A stretch of DNA of 64,000 nt, taken from contig NC_087436.1 of NCBI RefSeq assembly GCF_036321535.1, positions 103,976,001 through 104,040,000 on the forward strand, read 5' to 3'. Numbering within the stretch: the first letter of the stretch is position 1; every line of letters starts with the position of its first letter. Source of the DNA: Camelus dromedarius (lineage: Eukaryota). The position numbers were made by a program, and so were the translations under genes. This document shows, in pieces, positions 42,101 through 55,449 of this stretch. The notes beneath the pieces were generated by a model. It had not been told where the DNA came from and ran no database searches. It worked only from the letters and a program-made list of their open reading frames with translations.

Positions 42101-42759
42101 CATGTAAAGTGCTTACAGTGTGGAATAGTAAATGCTAAATAACTGTGTTTTTATTTTAGTATATAAATCCAAAAATGTAAATTTGAGAAGTCCCAGAGCA
42201 ACAATACTAAATTAATCCATCATTCTCAGTTTTGGCCATCTAACCCTTTTTTCTATGGAATAACTATTTGCATTCTTTGCTATTCTAGTTTTACACTTAT
42301 TGCTATTAATTTCCAGAAAGAATTAAAGCCTGTTTTTATGGCATCATGTTATTAACTGAAGTATGAAACTATGAAATTTTCAGTATACAGGAAAATATCT
42401 CAGTAATTATAATTTAACAGCAAGGATTCTTTAGCACCTACTCTCTTCACCTTACCTCTGCCCTGCTTGTTCTTTAAAGTGAATGCCAAGTGACCCTTCA
42501 GCCAAGTAAGTTGCACTGGTACATTTGTGCACGTAAAAGCACTATGCAATAGATCATTTTAATCAAACTTAACATGCTTTAAAATGTTAGACATATCCTA
42601 TTACAAAGATAAACATGAAAAGTCTTATTGTGGGTCACTTCCAAAATGAAGCCTTTTGAAGAAAGTTATATAACTTTACTGTTTTTATACTTTATAATTC
42701 TACGGCTTGAGAATTTCCCATCAAGTATCTCTAGCTAGCAAAGCATAGAAACAAATCAC

Positions 42760-43305
42760 AGTAAGCAGCCTCTAAAATAGCCCATAATGGTCCCCACCTC
42801 CTCTTATTCATGCTCTTGTGTAACTGCCTCTCCTAGAGCATCAGCTGCACCTAGTGGCCCACTTCTAACAAACAGAATGACACAAAAGTGATGGAACGTC
42901 ACTTCCAAGATGAGGTTACAAAAAGACTTTGATTTCCACGTTGTTGGCTTTTGTCTTTCTCCCCCCTCCATCAACCCTCGCCCTCAGCTCCCTCTCACTC
43001 ACTGACAGAAGCCCACTGCTCCATAGAGAGAGCCACGTGGCAGCAAACTGGTATCTCCAGTCAATAACCAGTGAAAACCTGTGGCACCAACAGCTATATG
43101 AGGAGGTCTTGCAGTGGATCCTCCCCAAATCAGGCTGACATCTTGACTGCAGCCTTGTAAAAGGTCTAGAGCCAGAAGACCCAGCTAAGCTGCACCTGGA
43201 TTTCTAACCCTTGGAAACTGTGAGACGATAAAACCATGAGTGGCTTACGTTTGGGGATGATCACTATGTTTGGAAGAATCTGTTACACAGCAATAGATAA
43301 CTAAA
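42760..43305 (+). mobile_element. MLT1-type MaLR solo LTR
   Basis: gtcacttccaagatgaggttaca...acatcttgactgcagccttg...tgttacacagcaatagataactaaaaca. Confidence 0.8.
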
Positions 43306-44844
43306 ACATAAGCATAAATTTTAACTTAGGAAACTTCAGTAAAGAATACACATAATTATTCCTTTTGAAACAGTACTCTATATAATTCAAAACTCAGAGA
43401 TCCTATTTTCAAATGTATTTTCTACTATTTTTTTCTAACTCTCCTTTTGCCTACTTTCTTCAGTGCTTCTTCTTGTTTCCGATACAGATACATCTGTGTG
43501 GTTAAAACTAAGTTCTCTGAGAGGTGTATAGACAAATGATGACAAAGGTGTTTTTCAGGCAGAACAGCTAATACAAGAAAAGCTGAAAACACGGTACAAC
43601 CAGATTTTTCACATAAGTTGGTCTTAAAGTCGGTTACATGTATCAAACCAATTGCTAAGAATAAAAACATTACAACTATTCCAAATGACATCAATAAAAG
43701 GGAAGAATGGATGAAAGGCAAGAAAAAGTAGAAAAGGGGAAGAAAAAAATGTTTAATTTAAAAGAAAAAAGGGGAAAAGTAAAACCAGAAAACAAAGTTC
43801 ATATACACCAGAAACTATAATAAAATTTCCAGTCACAAAGTATGCAATAACAATATCAATTCTCACTGCCTCCTACTGCTGTGCTCAGGGCAACAAAACC
43901 TTTCAATATTCTTATTTAAATTATTCGCTAATCAGTATCTATACTTTCCAAAATATCTTCAATACTAACAGAACATGAAAACTTGAGTCATTACAGTTAA
44001 TCTAAACAGGTCACAAATTCAGCATATATTGACAACTAATCTTTTTGATCTTGGACCAGAAGACAATGACCTAGAATGCAAAACCTTTACATCCTGTTCC
44101 TAATCTAAAACACCTCTAGTCCTCCAATTTCAATTTTAGACTAGCATTGGAAAATTGTCAAATATTTTTTCTCTTGTCTAAGTGCTACATACAGTATACA
44201 CTTTAAGTGTTACCTTCTTGATGAGGCCTGCCATGACCATCCTATTTAAAATTACAACCATCCATTATCTGCCTGTCCTGATCCCCCTTCTCTGCTTAGT
44301 TTTTTGTTTAGTCTGCCTTCCCACAAGCCCCAACAGAATGTTAGCCTAATGGCTTTAAGATTTATATGAGACTTTGTCTGTTTTGTTCCTGATACATTCC
44401 AAGATCTATTCGAGTATCTTACATAAAATAGAGCCTCAAATATTAGCTCAATATTAAATGAATGAATAAATTAGAAAAATAAATGCTCTCATATGACCAA
44501 AAACAGAGGACTAAAGAGAAAAAAAGTAAGTTTTAAACCAGCATTTTCAAAATGCTAAATATTTTTCTAAATTAAAAAAGCAGTATCTCAATTAAAAATT
44601 ACAAGAAATTAAGTATTTTAAATTTTTAATGAAGGTTTCCTATTAAACTCGTGAAGTTTCCTAATGATGGCTACTAGAGACTCGTAAAAGTACTATTATT
44701 TACGTATTTATAAGAGACACTTTAACAAGAAATGCAAATCAAGATGTAGCTATAATGAACTGAAGGCATCAAACTAGTCCAAGAGCTGCAGAATTAATAA
44801 CCTATTTTTAAAGCCTATAATATACCATAGTCTCTAAGATTAGT

Positions 44845-45128
44845 CCTGTCCAATAGAAATGAACTGCGATCTACATGTGATTTGAAATTTTCTAGAAGTC
44901 ACATTAAAAAGTAAAGAGAAACAAGTGAAATTAATTTTATATTATATTCCATGTAACCCAGTATGTCCATGATATTATTATTTCCAACATATAGTCAAAA
45001 TTTTAAAGTTCAGATATTTTACATTTATATAAATCTTCAAAATTTGAAGTAATTTTACACATATAACACACCCCAATTCTAAGTGCTCAATAGACAAATG
45101 TAGCTACTAGTTACTATACTGGATAACG
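44845..45128. mobile_element. MER33/MER3-like hAT element
   Basis: ctgtccaatagaaat...agtcacattaaaaagtaaa...aagtgctcaatag...tactggata. Confidence 0.65.
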
Positions 45129-45631
45129 GACTTATAGATTCTTCCAGGTATTAATAAGATAGAGAAGCATACTATACTTGCTTTAAATATTAATGCCAGA
45201 ACTACAGAGAGAAATATACTATCTTCTGTTTTTAAACATTCAAGTTCACCTATCACACTGACAGAATTCCAACTTCTTTTAACATAAGTTTTACCTTTTA
45301 ACATAAAGTTTCTATTCTAACTTTTATTACAAAATATTTGGAATTCCCCTGAAATTTAAAAGACTCAATAAGAACTGCACTGAAGTATAAATTATCCAGC
45401 CATGCATGCTTGCTTTGTTTGGCACAGTGATAATGGTAACACTTCACACATTTGCGCATTTAACATTTGATGATAGGGTAAAAAGATTAAAATAACTTGT
45501 AATTCTAGGAACTATTATGCAATGAAATGCATTCAAATAGGCTGTCAAATATCTGCATAAGCTTACTTAATACCTCTCTGTCTATATATTATACACAATT
45601 TGAACAGATCTTTTCCATGAAGGTACTTTTT

Positions 45632-48600
45632 TAAATTGGTGTCACTTTTTTATTATAGTATAGTCAGTTTACAACGCTGTGTCAATTTCTAGTGTACAGC
45701 ATAATGTTTGAATCATACATATGCATATGTATATTCTTTTTCATATTCTTTTTCATTACAGGTTACTACAAGATATTGAATATAGTTCCCTGTGCTATAC
45801 AGAAGAAACTTACTGTTTATTTATTTCATATATACTAGTTAGTATCTGCAAATCTTGAACTCCCAATTTATCCCTTGCCATCCCCTTTCTCCCCTGGTAA
45901 CCATAAGTTCGTTTTTTTGGTTTTTTTGATTGAAGTATAGTCAGTTACAGTGTGTCTATTTCTGGTGCACAGTACAATGTCCCAGTCATGCATATATGTA
46001 CATATATTCGTTTTCATATTATTTTTCATTTTAAAAGTTATTTCAAGATATCGAATATAGTTCCCTGTGCTATACAGAAGAAATTTGTTTTTTATCTATT
46101 TTTATATATAGTAGTTATCATTTGCAAGTCTCAAACTTCCAAATTTATCCCTTCCCACTCCCTTTCCCCTGGTAACCATAAGACTGTTTACTATGTCTGT
46201 GAGTCTATTTCTGTTTTGTAGATGAGTTCACTAGTGTCCTCTTTTTTTTTTTTTTTTTTTTTCAGATTTTACATATGAGTGGTATCATATGGTATTTTTC
46301 TTTCTCTTTCTGGTTTACTTCACTTAGAATGATGGTCTCCAGGTCCATCCATGTTGCTGCAAATGGCATTATTTTGTTCTTTTTAATGACTGAGTAGTAT
46401 TCCACTGTATAAATATACCACAGCTTCTTTATCTAGTCATCTGTCAATGGACATTTGGGCTGTTTCCATGTCTTGGCTATTGTATATGTGCTGCTATGAA
46501 CACTAGGGTGAATGTGTCTTTTCAAGTTAGAGTTCCCTCTGGATATATGCCCAGGAGTGGGATTGCTAGACCATAAGATTAGTCTATTTTTAGTTTTGTG
46601 AGGAAATCTCCACACTGTTTTCCATAATGGCTACACCAAACTACATTCCCACCAACAGTGTAAGAGGGTTCCCTTCTCTCCACACCCTTTCCAGCATTAA
46701 ACACAACCACATAAAATTTATGGGATGCAACAAAAGCAGTCTTAAGAGAGAAGTTCATAGATATAAGCCTTCTTCAAAAAACAAGAACAATTGCAAACAA
46801 ACAACTTAATTTACTATCTAAAAGAATCAGAAAAAGAATAACAAACAAAACCTAAAGTCAGCAGAAGGAAAGAAATAATAAAAAACAGGGAGAAAATAAA
46901 TAAAATAGAGATTTTTAAAAAACAGAAAAAAATCAATCAAGCCAAGAGTTGGTTCCTTGTAAGAGTAAACAAAATTGACAAACCTCTGGCCAGGCTCGCT
47001 GAGAAGAAAAGAGAGAATGAACACAAATAAACAAAACAGAAATGAAAATGGAGAAATTACAACCAACACCACAGAAATACAAAAAAATCACAAGAGAATA
47101 CTCTGAACAACTATATGGCAACAAACTGGACAATCTAGAAGATATGGACAAGTTCTAGAAACATACAGTCCACCAAAATTGAATCAAGAAATAGATAATT
47201 TGAACAGACTGATCACTAGAAGTGAAACAGAATCTGCAATAAAAAACCTCCGTGCAAATGGAAGTCTAGGACCAGACGGCTTCACTGGAGAATTCTACCA
47301 AATATACACAGACCCTCATCCTTTTCAAATCCTTCCAAAAGACTGAAGAGAAGAGAATACTATCAAATTCAATCTATGAAGCCACCATCACCCTGAAACC
47401 AAAACCAGACAAAGACACTTCGAAAAAAGAAAATTACAGGCCAGTATCATTGATGAACATAGATGTAAAAAATCCTCAACAAAATAATAGTGAAGAGAAT
47501 GCAACAACACATAAAAAAGAGCATACATTAAGATCAAGTTGGGTTCATCCCAGGGACATAAGGATAGTTCAACATCCACAAATCAATCAACATGATACAT
47601 CATATCAACAAGAGAAAAGAAAAAATTCACATGATCATCTCAACAGATGAAGAAAAAGCATCTGAAAAAATTCTACACCCATTTATGAAAAACTCTTAAC
47701 CTAAATGGGTATACAGGGAATATATCTCAACATAAGAGCCATTTATGACAAACCTACAGCCAGCATAATACTCAACAGTGAGAGGCTGAAAGCCTTCCCG
47801 CAAAAATCTGGAATAAGACAAGGATACCCACTCTCACCACTTCTATACAACACAGTATTGGAAGTCCTAGCCACAGCAATTAGACTCGAACAAGAAAAGG
47901 GATCTAAATGGGAAGAGAAGAGGTAAAACTGTCATTATATGCAGATGACACGATACTTTATGTAGAAAAGGTTCCACATAAAAACTACTAGAGCTCATAA
48001 AAGAATGAGGTAGCAGAATACAAGATTAACATAGGGAAAACAGTTACATTTCTTTACATTAGCGATAAAATATCAGAAAAGGGATACAAAGAAACAATCC
48101 TTTTTAAAACTGCAGCCAAAAAAATAAAATACTTAGGAATAAATCTGACCAAGGATGTGAAAGACTTAATATGTGGAGAACTACAAAATAATGATTAAGG
48201 AAATTAAAGATGACTTAAAGAAATGGAAAGATATCCCATGTTCTTGGATTGGAAGAATTAATATTGTTAAAATGGCCATACTACCCAAAGCAATCTACAG
48301 ATTTAATCTACAGATTTTGGTTTTTTTCAGATATGTATCCAGCAAATTTTCTAGTTCTTCACAGAACTAGAAGAAATCATACTAAAATTTATATGGAATC
48401 ACAAAAGATCCAGAATTGCCAAAGCATTACTGAAGAAAAAGAATGATGCTAGAGGAATAACACTCCCAGACTTTAGACAATACTACAGAGCTATAGTAAT
48501 CAAAACAGCATGGTATTCATACAAAAACAGACACATCAATCAACGGAACAGAACACAGAGCCCAGAAATAAACCCACAGACTTATGGTCAATTAATCTTC

Positions 48601-49214
48601 AACAAAAGAAGCAAGAATATGCAATGGAGTAAATACAATGTCTTTAGCAAGCGGTGTTGGGAAAACTGGACAGCTGTATGTAAATCAATGAAGTTAGAAC
48701 ACTCCCTCATACCATACACAAAAAGAAACTCAAAATGGCTTAAAGACTTAAACATAAGACAAGACACTATAAACCTTCTAGAAGAAAACAGGCAAAACAT
48801 TTTCTGACATACATCTTAAACAATGTTCTCCTAGGGCAGTCTACCCAAGCAAGAGAAATAAAAGCCAAATATAAACAAATGGGACCTAATTAAACTTACA
48901 AGCTTTTGCACAGCAAAGAAAATCATAAGCAAAACAAAAAGACAACCTATAGGATGGGACAAAATATTTGCAAATGATGAGACTGACAAGGGCTTAACTT
49001 CCAGGATACATAAACAACTCATACAACTTAATAATAAAAAAACAAACAACCCAATCCAAAAATAGGCAGAAGACCTAAAATAGTAATTCTCCAAAGAAGA
49101 CATACAAATGGCCAATAGGCACATGAAAAAATGCTCAATATTGTTAATTATCAGAGAAATGCAAATCAAAACTACAATGAGTTATCACCTCACACCAGTC
49201 AGAATGGCCATCAT
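45632..49214 (-). mobile_element. 5'-inverted L1: 3' part on minus (45632-46697), inverted ORF2 part on plus (46698-49214)
   Basis: The ORF2 remnant includes YADD (tatgcagatgac at about 47938). The two segments meet at nearly adjacent L1 positions. The TSD tgaaggtaYtttt is at 45618-45630 and 49215-49227. Confidence 0.9.
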
Positions 49215-49226
49215 TGAAGGTATTTT

Positions 49227-50558
49227 TGTAATTGTGATAAAATAAGAAATATATTTGGTCTTTATTGGCACAGAGGTCTTAAAACTCTTGGAATTTCCTT
49301 GGTGATGGACTGTCTTTTGCCCCTTTGATCACATCTGGGTTCCTGCTTATGAGATGACTAAGGTGGGGCCCCTAGATAGCCTCTAGGTGGGGCTGGTCAC
49401 CACAAAGCGGTAGAGAACCGGAAATTTCAGTCCCACCCACTTGATCTATGGGAAAACTGAGCTCTATAAAAACTCTTGAATTTTGAGATTCTCTGGAGAG
49501 CTTCCAGATTGGTGAACATATCGAGGTGTGGGAGATGCTGGGAGAGCATGCCCAGAGAGGACACAGAAGCTATGTGCCCCTCCTACCACACCCTGACCTA
49601 TATATCTCTTCCATTTAGCTGTTTCAGAGTTGTATCCTTTTTAATAAACCAGTAAACATAAGTAAAGTGTTTTCCTGAATTCTGTGAGCCATTCCAGAAA
49701 ATTTTTTTAAATTGAAGTATAGTTGAGGCACAGTAATATATAAGCTACAGAAGTATAATATAGTGATTCACAATTCTTAAAGGTTATACTCCATTTATAG
49801 TTGTTATAAGACATTGTCTATATTCCTCATATTGTACACAGTATTTTTGTAGCTTATTTTATATGTAATAGTTTGTACCTCTTAATCCTCTAACCTTACA
49901 GCCCCTCTCTTCTTTCCCTCTCCCCATGGGTAACCACTAGTTTGTTCTGTGAGTCTGCTTCTTTTTTGTTATATTCACAAGTTTGTTTTATTTTTTAGAT
50001 TCCACATATAATATATCAAAGTATCATATCATAATATCATATCATAAAGTACATGTCTTTCTCTGTCTGACTTATTTCACTTAGCATACTACTGTCCAAG
50101 TCCATCCAGTTGCTGCAAATGGCAAAATTTCATTCTTTCTTATGGTTGAGTGGTATTCCACTGTATGTATATGCCACATTTTCTTTATCTATTCATTTGT
50201 TGATGGACACTTAGGTTCCTTCCATATCTTCACAATTGTAAATAATGTTGCTACGAACACTGCATGTATCTTTGAATTAATGTTTTTGTTTTTTTCAGAT
50301 ATGCATACAGCAAATTTTCAAATCCAAAGAAGTTGTCATGGGAACCCCAGATTTATAGCCAGTCAGAAGTTTGTAAACACAGTTGGAAACTTGTGACTGG
50401 CATCTGAAGTGAGGGCAGTATTATAAGGCTGAGCCCTTTAACTTGTGGGATCTGATACTATCTCCAGGAAGACAGTCTCAGAATTGGATTGAATTCTTGG
50501 AAATGTAGTTGGTGTTAGAAACTGAAGAATTGGTTGGTGTCAGAGAACACCCCAGAGT
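49227..50558 (+). mobile_element. MER21-like LTR split by an L1 3' fragment
   Basis: Starts aataagaaatatatttggtcttt...cttggaatttcc and ends catgggaacccc...ttggtgtcaga. Confidence 0.75.
49705..50307 (-). mobile_element. L1 3' end inserted in the MER21-like LTR
   Basis: Poly-T followed by reverse 3'UTR. TSD-like cagMaaatttt at about 49695-49705 and 50308-50318. Confidence 0.85.
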
Positions 50559-51354
50559 AGTAATATTTACAACTCGATATATTAATTAATAGTAAAATTA
50601 ACTTTATTACGTAGATTTTAAATATAAAGAATCTAGCCTTATTCTAGGCTCAAAATTAACCAATCTTAATAAATTCATAACTTCTAAAATGAGACTATCT
50701 AAAACTATTCCAGCTTTGAAAGCTGAAAGTGCACACCAGTCTTTCCATTTTATAATACTAATACTCTTCAAACTAACCATATATGCCCTCCCAGCCCCAC
50801 CTCTCTTCCCCCCAAAAGAATCCCTCAGAATTAATATATTTCTTAATCTAAAACAATGCTAAGTAATGATTAGTTCTTCAAGTAATACCAAATCAAAGGA
50901 AAACTCTGCATCATCAGTGTAACAACTTAAAATTATATTCTTTCCTCACAGTACCATAAGATTTAATGTTAAAAGTTATTTCCAATTTAACTGATGAATA
51001 CAATTATGAAACTGCACAGGGCACTCATCTATTAAACACTATACACTCTCAGAGTTGACATGGAGTTTGATAAAACTAATACTGTAAATGATCAAGAAAA
51101 TGTAAAAAAATGATTTTATGAAATCTATTTAGTCTAGAGAATAATTTCTTTACAAAAAGTACCAAATATATGAACATAAAATTCTATTTATTCCATAATT
51201 TATGTGGATAGTAATAATGTGTGGAGTAAATAGAATTTATGTTAGAATATTTGATATTCAAATTCTTAACCAACTATATTGGCAACTAAATAAACGATTT
51301 AGACAATCTTGGGAGGATTAGAAAGAACAGTTAATCACTAATAATCCAGAGTAT

Positions 51355-51494
51355 GGTGGGAAGTATAGCTCAGTGGTAAAGCAGTGCTTATTAGCATGCA
51401 CGAGGTCCTCGGTTCAATCCCCAGGGCCTCCATTAAAATTGAATGAATGAATGAATGAATAAAACAAATTACCTCCCCCTCAAAAATAAATAAA
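51355..51494 (+). mobile_element. tRNA-Ala-derived SINE (vic-1-like)
   Basis: Same head and attacctccccc tail as the 16371 copy, with a short flanking repeat cagagta. Confidence 0.87.
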
Positions 51495-51934
51495 GTACAG
51501 AGTAGTACTACTAAAATGATTTTACTCTGTGTGTGTGTGTGTGTTTGTACAGGAAGAGAGAGACGGAATGGTGATAATGTTGAGAAGATGAATTACCCAA
51601 TATAATAAAATGACTCTCAATAAATGACAACTACCTTATGTTATTTTCCAGTAAGTAAAACTCCTGGTAATCCATCAATTTCACTTTACCTACTCTACTT
51701 TATGACCAATAGAATACATTTACATACTTCAAATACTTTCTAAGTTGGAAATAACATAAAACAGGACTACCCTGTCATCTGCAGTTCTTAAGTGAAAGAA
51801 ATACACTTGACTATTTTAAACTGAAGGCTGTGATTCTGGTATTAATGGAATCATGCTCTAATCAAAATGATTAAACCACAACGAGAAGAGATTACTTCAG
51901 CAAATAAAAATCAGCTGATACAGAGATATTAAAA

Positions 51935-54900
51935 ACGTATAGGACACAGCAAAGGCAGTGCTAAGAGGGAAGTTTATAGCGATATAGGCCTTCCTCAAAA
52001 AAGAAGAACAATCTCAAATAAACAATTTAACCCACCACCTGAATGAATTAGAAAAAGAAGAACAAAAAGCCCCAAAAAGTAGCAGAAGGAAGGAAATAAT
52101 AAAGATCAGAGAGGAATTAAATACAATAGAGATTAACAAGACCATAGAAAAAATCAACCAAACCAAAAGCTGGTTTTTTGAAAAAGTAAATAAAATCGAC
52201 AAACCTCTGGCCAAACTCACAAAGAAGAAAAAAGAGAGAGCACAAATTAGCAAAATAAGAAAGGAAAATGGAGAAATTACAACAAACAAAATAGAAATAC
52301 AGAATATCATACAAGAATATTATGAAAAACTATATGGAACCAAACTGGATAACCTAGAGGAGATGGACAAGTTTCTGGAAACAAACTGTCCACCAAGACT
52401 GAATCAAGAAGAATCTGAACACTTGAACAATCCGATCACTAGAAAGGAAATAGAAATAGCAATTAAAAACCTCCCTACAAATAAAAGTCCAGGACCGGAC
52501 GGCTTCACCAGGGAATTCTACCAAACATACAAAGAAGAACTCATACCAGTCCTTCTCAAACTCTTCCAGACGATTGAAAAGGAGGGAATACTCCCAAACT
52601 CATTCTATGAAGCCACCATCACCCTGATACCAAAACCAGGCAAAGACACTACAAAAAAAGAGAATTACAGGCCAATATCACTGATGAACATAGACGCCAA
52701 AATCCTCACCAAAATTTTAGCAAATAGAATCCAACAACACATAAAAAAGATTATACATCATGACCAAGTGGGGTTCATCCCAGGGACACAAGGCTGGTTC
52801 AACATACGCAAATCAATCAATGTAATACATCACATCAACAAGAGAAAGGACAAAAACCACATGATCATCTCAATCGATGCAGAAAAAGCATTTGATAAAA
52901 TTCAATACCCATTTATGATAAAAACTCTCGCCAAAGTGGGTATAGAGGGAACATATCTCAACATAATAAAAGCTATATATGACAAACCTACAGCCAGCAT
53001 AGTACTCAATGGTGAAAAACTCAAAAGCTTCCCACTAAAATCTGGGACAAGGATGCCCACTATCACCACTCCTATTCAACATAGTCCTGGAAGTCCTAGC
53101 CACAGCAGTCAGGCAAGAGAAAGAAATAAAAGGGATCCAAATTGGAAAAGAAGAGGTAAAAGTGTCATTATATGCTGACGACATGTTACTATACATAGAA
53201 AACCCTAAAAGGTCCACACAAAAGCTACTAGAGCTGATTGAAGAATTCAGCAAGGTAGCAGTTTACAAAATTAACGTTCAAAAATCAGTTGCATTTCTTT
53301 ACACTAACGATAAATCAACAGAAAAAGAAAGTAAAGAAACAATCCCCTTTAAAATAGCACCCAAAGTAATAAAATATTTGGGAATAAATCTAACCAAGGA
53401 GGTGAAAGTATTATACACAGAAAACTATAAACCATTGATGAAGGAAATTAAAGAAGACTTTAAAAAATGGAAAGATATTCCATGCTCTTGGATTGGAAGA
53501 ATCAATATTGTTAAAATGTTCACACTGCCCAAGGCAATCTACAGATTTAATGCAATCCCTATCCAATTACCCAGGACATATTTCACAGAACTAGAACAAA
53601 TCATAATAAAATTTATATGGAACCATCAAAGACCTAGAATTGCCAAAGCATTACTGAAGAGAAAGAAAGAAGCTGGAGGAATAACTCTCCCAGACTTCAG
53701 ACAATACTATAGAGCTACATTCATCAAGACAGCATGGTATTGGTACCAAAACAGACAATATAGACCAATGGAACAGAATAGACAGCCCAGAAATGAACCC
53801 ACAAACTTTTGGTCAACTAATCTTCGACAAAGGAGGCAAGAATATACAATGGAATAAAGACAGTCTCTTCAGCAAATGGTGTTGGGAAAACTGGACAGCA
53901 GCATGTAAAACAATGAAGCTAGAACACTCCCTTACACCATATACAAAAATCAACTCAAAATGGATTAAAGACTTAAACATAAGACAAGATACAATAAACC
54001 TCCTAGAGGAAAACATAGGCAAAACATTATCTGACATACATTTCAAAAATTTTCTCCTAGAAGAAATAAAAGCAAGAATAAACAAATGGGACCTAATGAA
54101 ACTTACAAGCTTCTGCACAGCAAAGGAAACCAGAAATAAAACAAGAAGAAAACCTACGGAATGGGAGAAAATTTTTGCAAGTGAAACCAACAAAGGCTTG
54201 ATCTCCAGAATGTATAAGCAGCTCATACGACTCAATAAGAAAAAAATAAACAACCCAATCCAAAAATGGGCAGAAGACCTAAACAAGCAATTCTCCAAGG
54301 AAGACATACAAATGATCAAAAAGCACATGAAAAAATGCTCAATATCACTAATTATCAGAGAAATGCAAATCAAAACTACAATGAGGTATCACCTCACACC
54401 AGTCAGAATGGCTGTCATTCAAAAATCCACAAATGACAAATGCTGGAGAGGCTGTGGAGAAAGGGGAACCCTCCTACACTGCTGATGGAAATGCAGTTTG
54501 GTGCAGCCACTATGGAAAACAGTGTGGAGATTCCTCAAAAGACTAGGAATAGACTTACCATATGACCCAGGAATCCCACTCCTGGGCTTGTATCCAGAAG
54601 GAAATTTACTTCAGGATGACACCTGCACCCCAATGTTCATAGCAGCACTATTTACAATAGCCAAAACATGGAAACAGCCTAAATGTCCATCAACAGGTGA
54701 CTGGATAAAGAAGATGTGGTATATTTATACAATGGAATACTACTCAGCCATAAAAACCGACAACATAATGCCATTTGCAGCAACATGGATGCTCCTGGAG
54801 AATGTCATTCTAAGTGAAGTAAGCCAGAAAAAGAAAGAAAAATACCGTATGAGATTGCTTATATGTGGAATCTAAAAAACAAAAACAAACAAACAAACAA

Positions 54901-55207
54901 ACAAAAACAAAGCGTAAATACAGGACAGAAATAGACTCACAGACAGAGAATACAGACTTGTGGTTGCCAGGGGGGTGGAGGGTGGGAAGGGATAGACTGG
55001 GATTTCAAAATTGTAGAATAGATAAACAAGATTACACTGTATAGCACAGGGAAATATACACAAAATGTTATGATAACTCAGAGAGAAAAAAATGTGACAA
55101 TGAGTGTGTATATGTCCATGAATGACTGAAAAATTGTGCTGAACACTGGAATTTGACACAACATTGTAAAATGATTATAAATCAATAAAAAATGTTAAAA
55201 AAAAAAA
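51935..55207 (+). mobile_element. Young 5'-truncated L1 (ORF2 from the end of EN through RT and the C-domain, 3'UTR, polyA)
   Basis: The ORF track gives [30 protein letters not shown] (53171-53182) and the C-terminus to 54875. AATAAA is at 55184, followed by an A-tail. Confidence 0.97.
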
Positions 55208-55449
55208 GATTAAAGAGTTAATATCTAATCAAATAAGTACTAAGAAAATCATTGTTAAGTTTTTAGCTAGAGAAAAACACTCTGCAAGTAATATGCATGA
55301 TAGATTAGAGAGGAAAAAATTTATAGGTAATAATCTAGGCATAAGATAGTAAATACCTACATTAAAATAGAGCAATCAAATAACTAGAAGAGATAAGTGA
55401 AAAAGAAGAAAAAGGAATAAACTTTAAGTACACAAAATTTTATTTATAG

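Noticed and set aside
52363..54875. Active L1 or novel reverse transcriptase system
   Set aside because: It is ordinary L1 ORF2 that is 5'-truncated, lacks ORF1 and a promoter, and has frameshifts and a stop.
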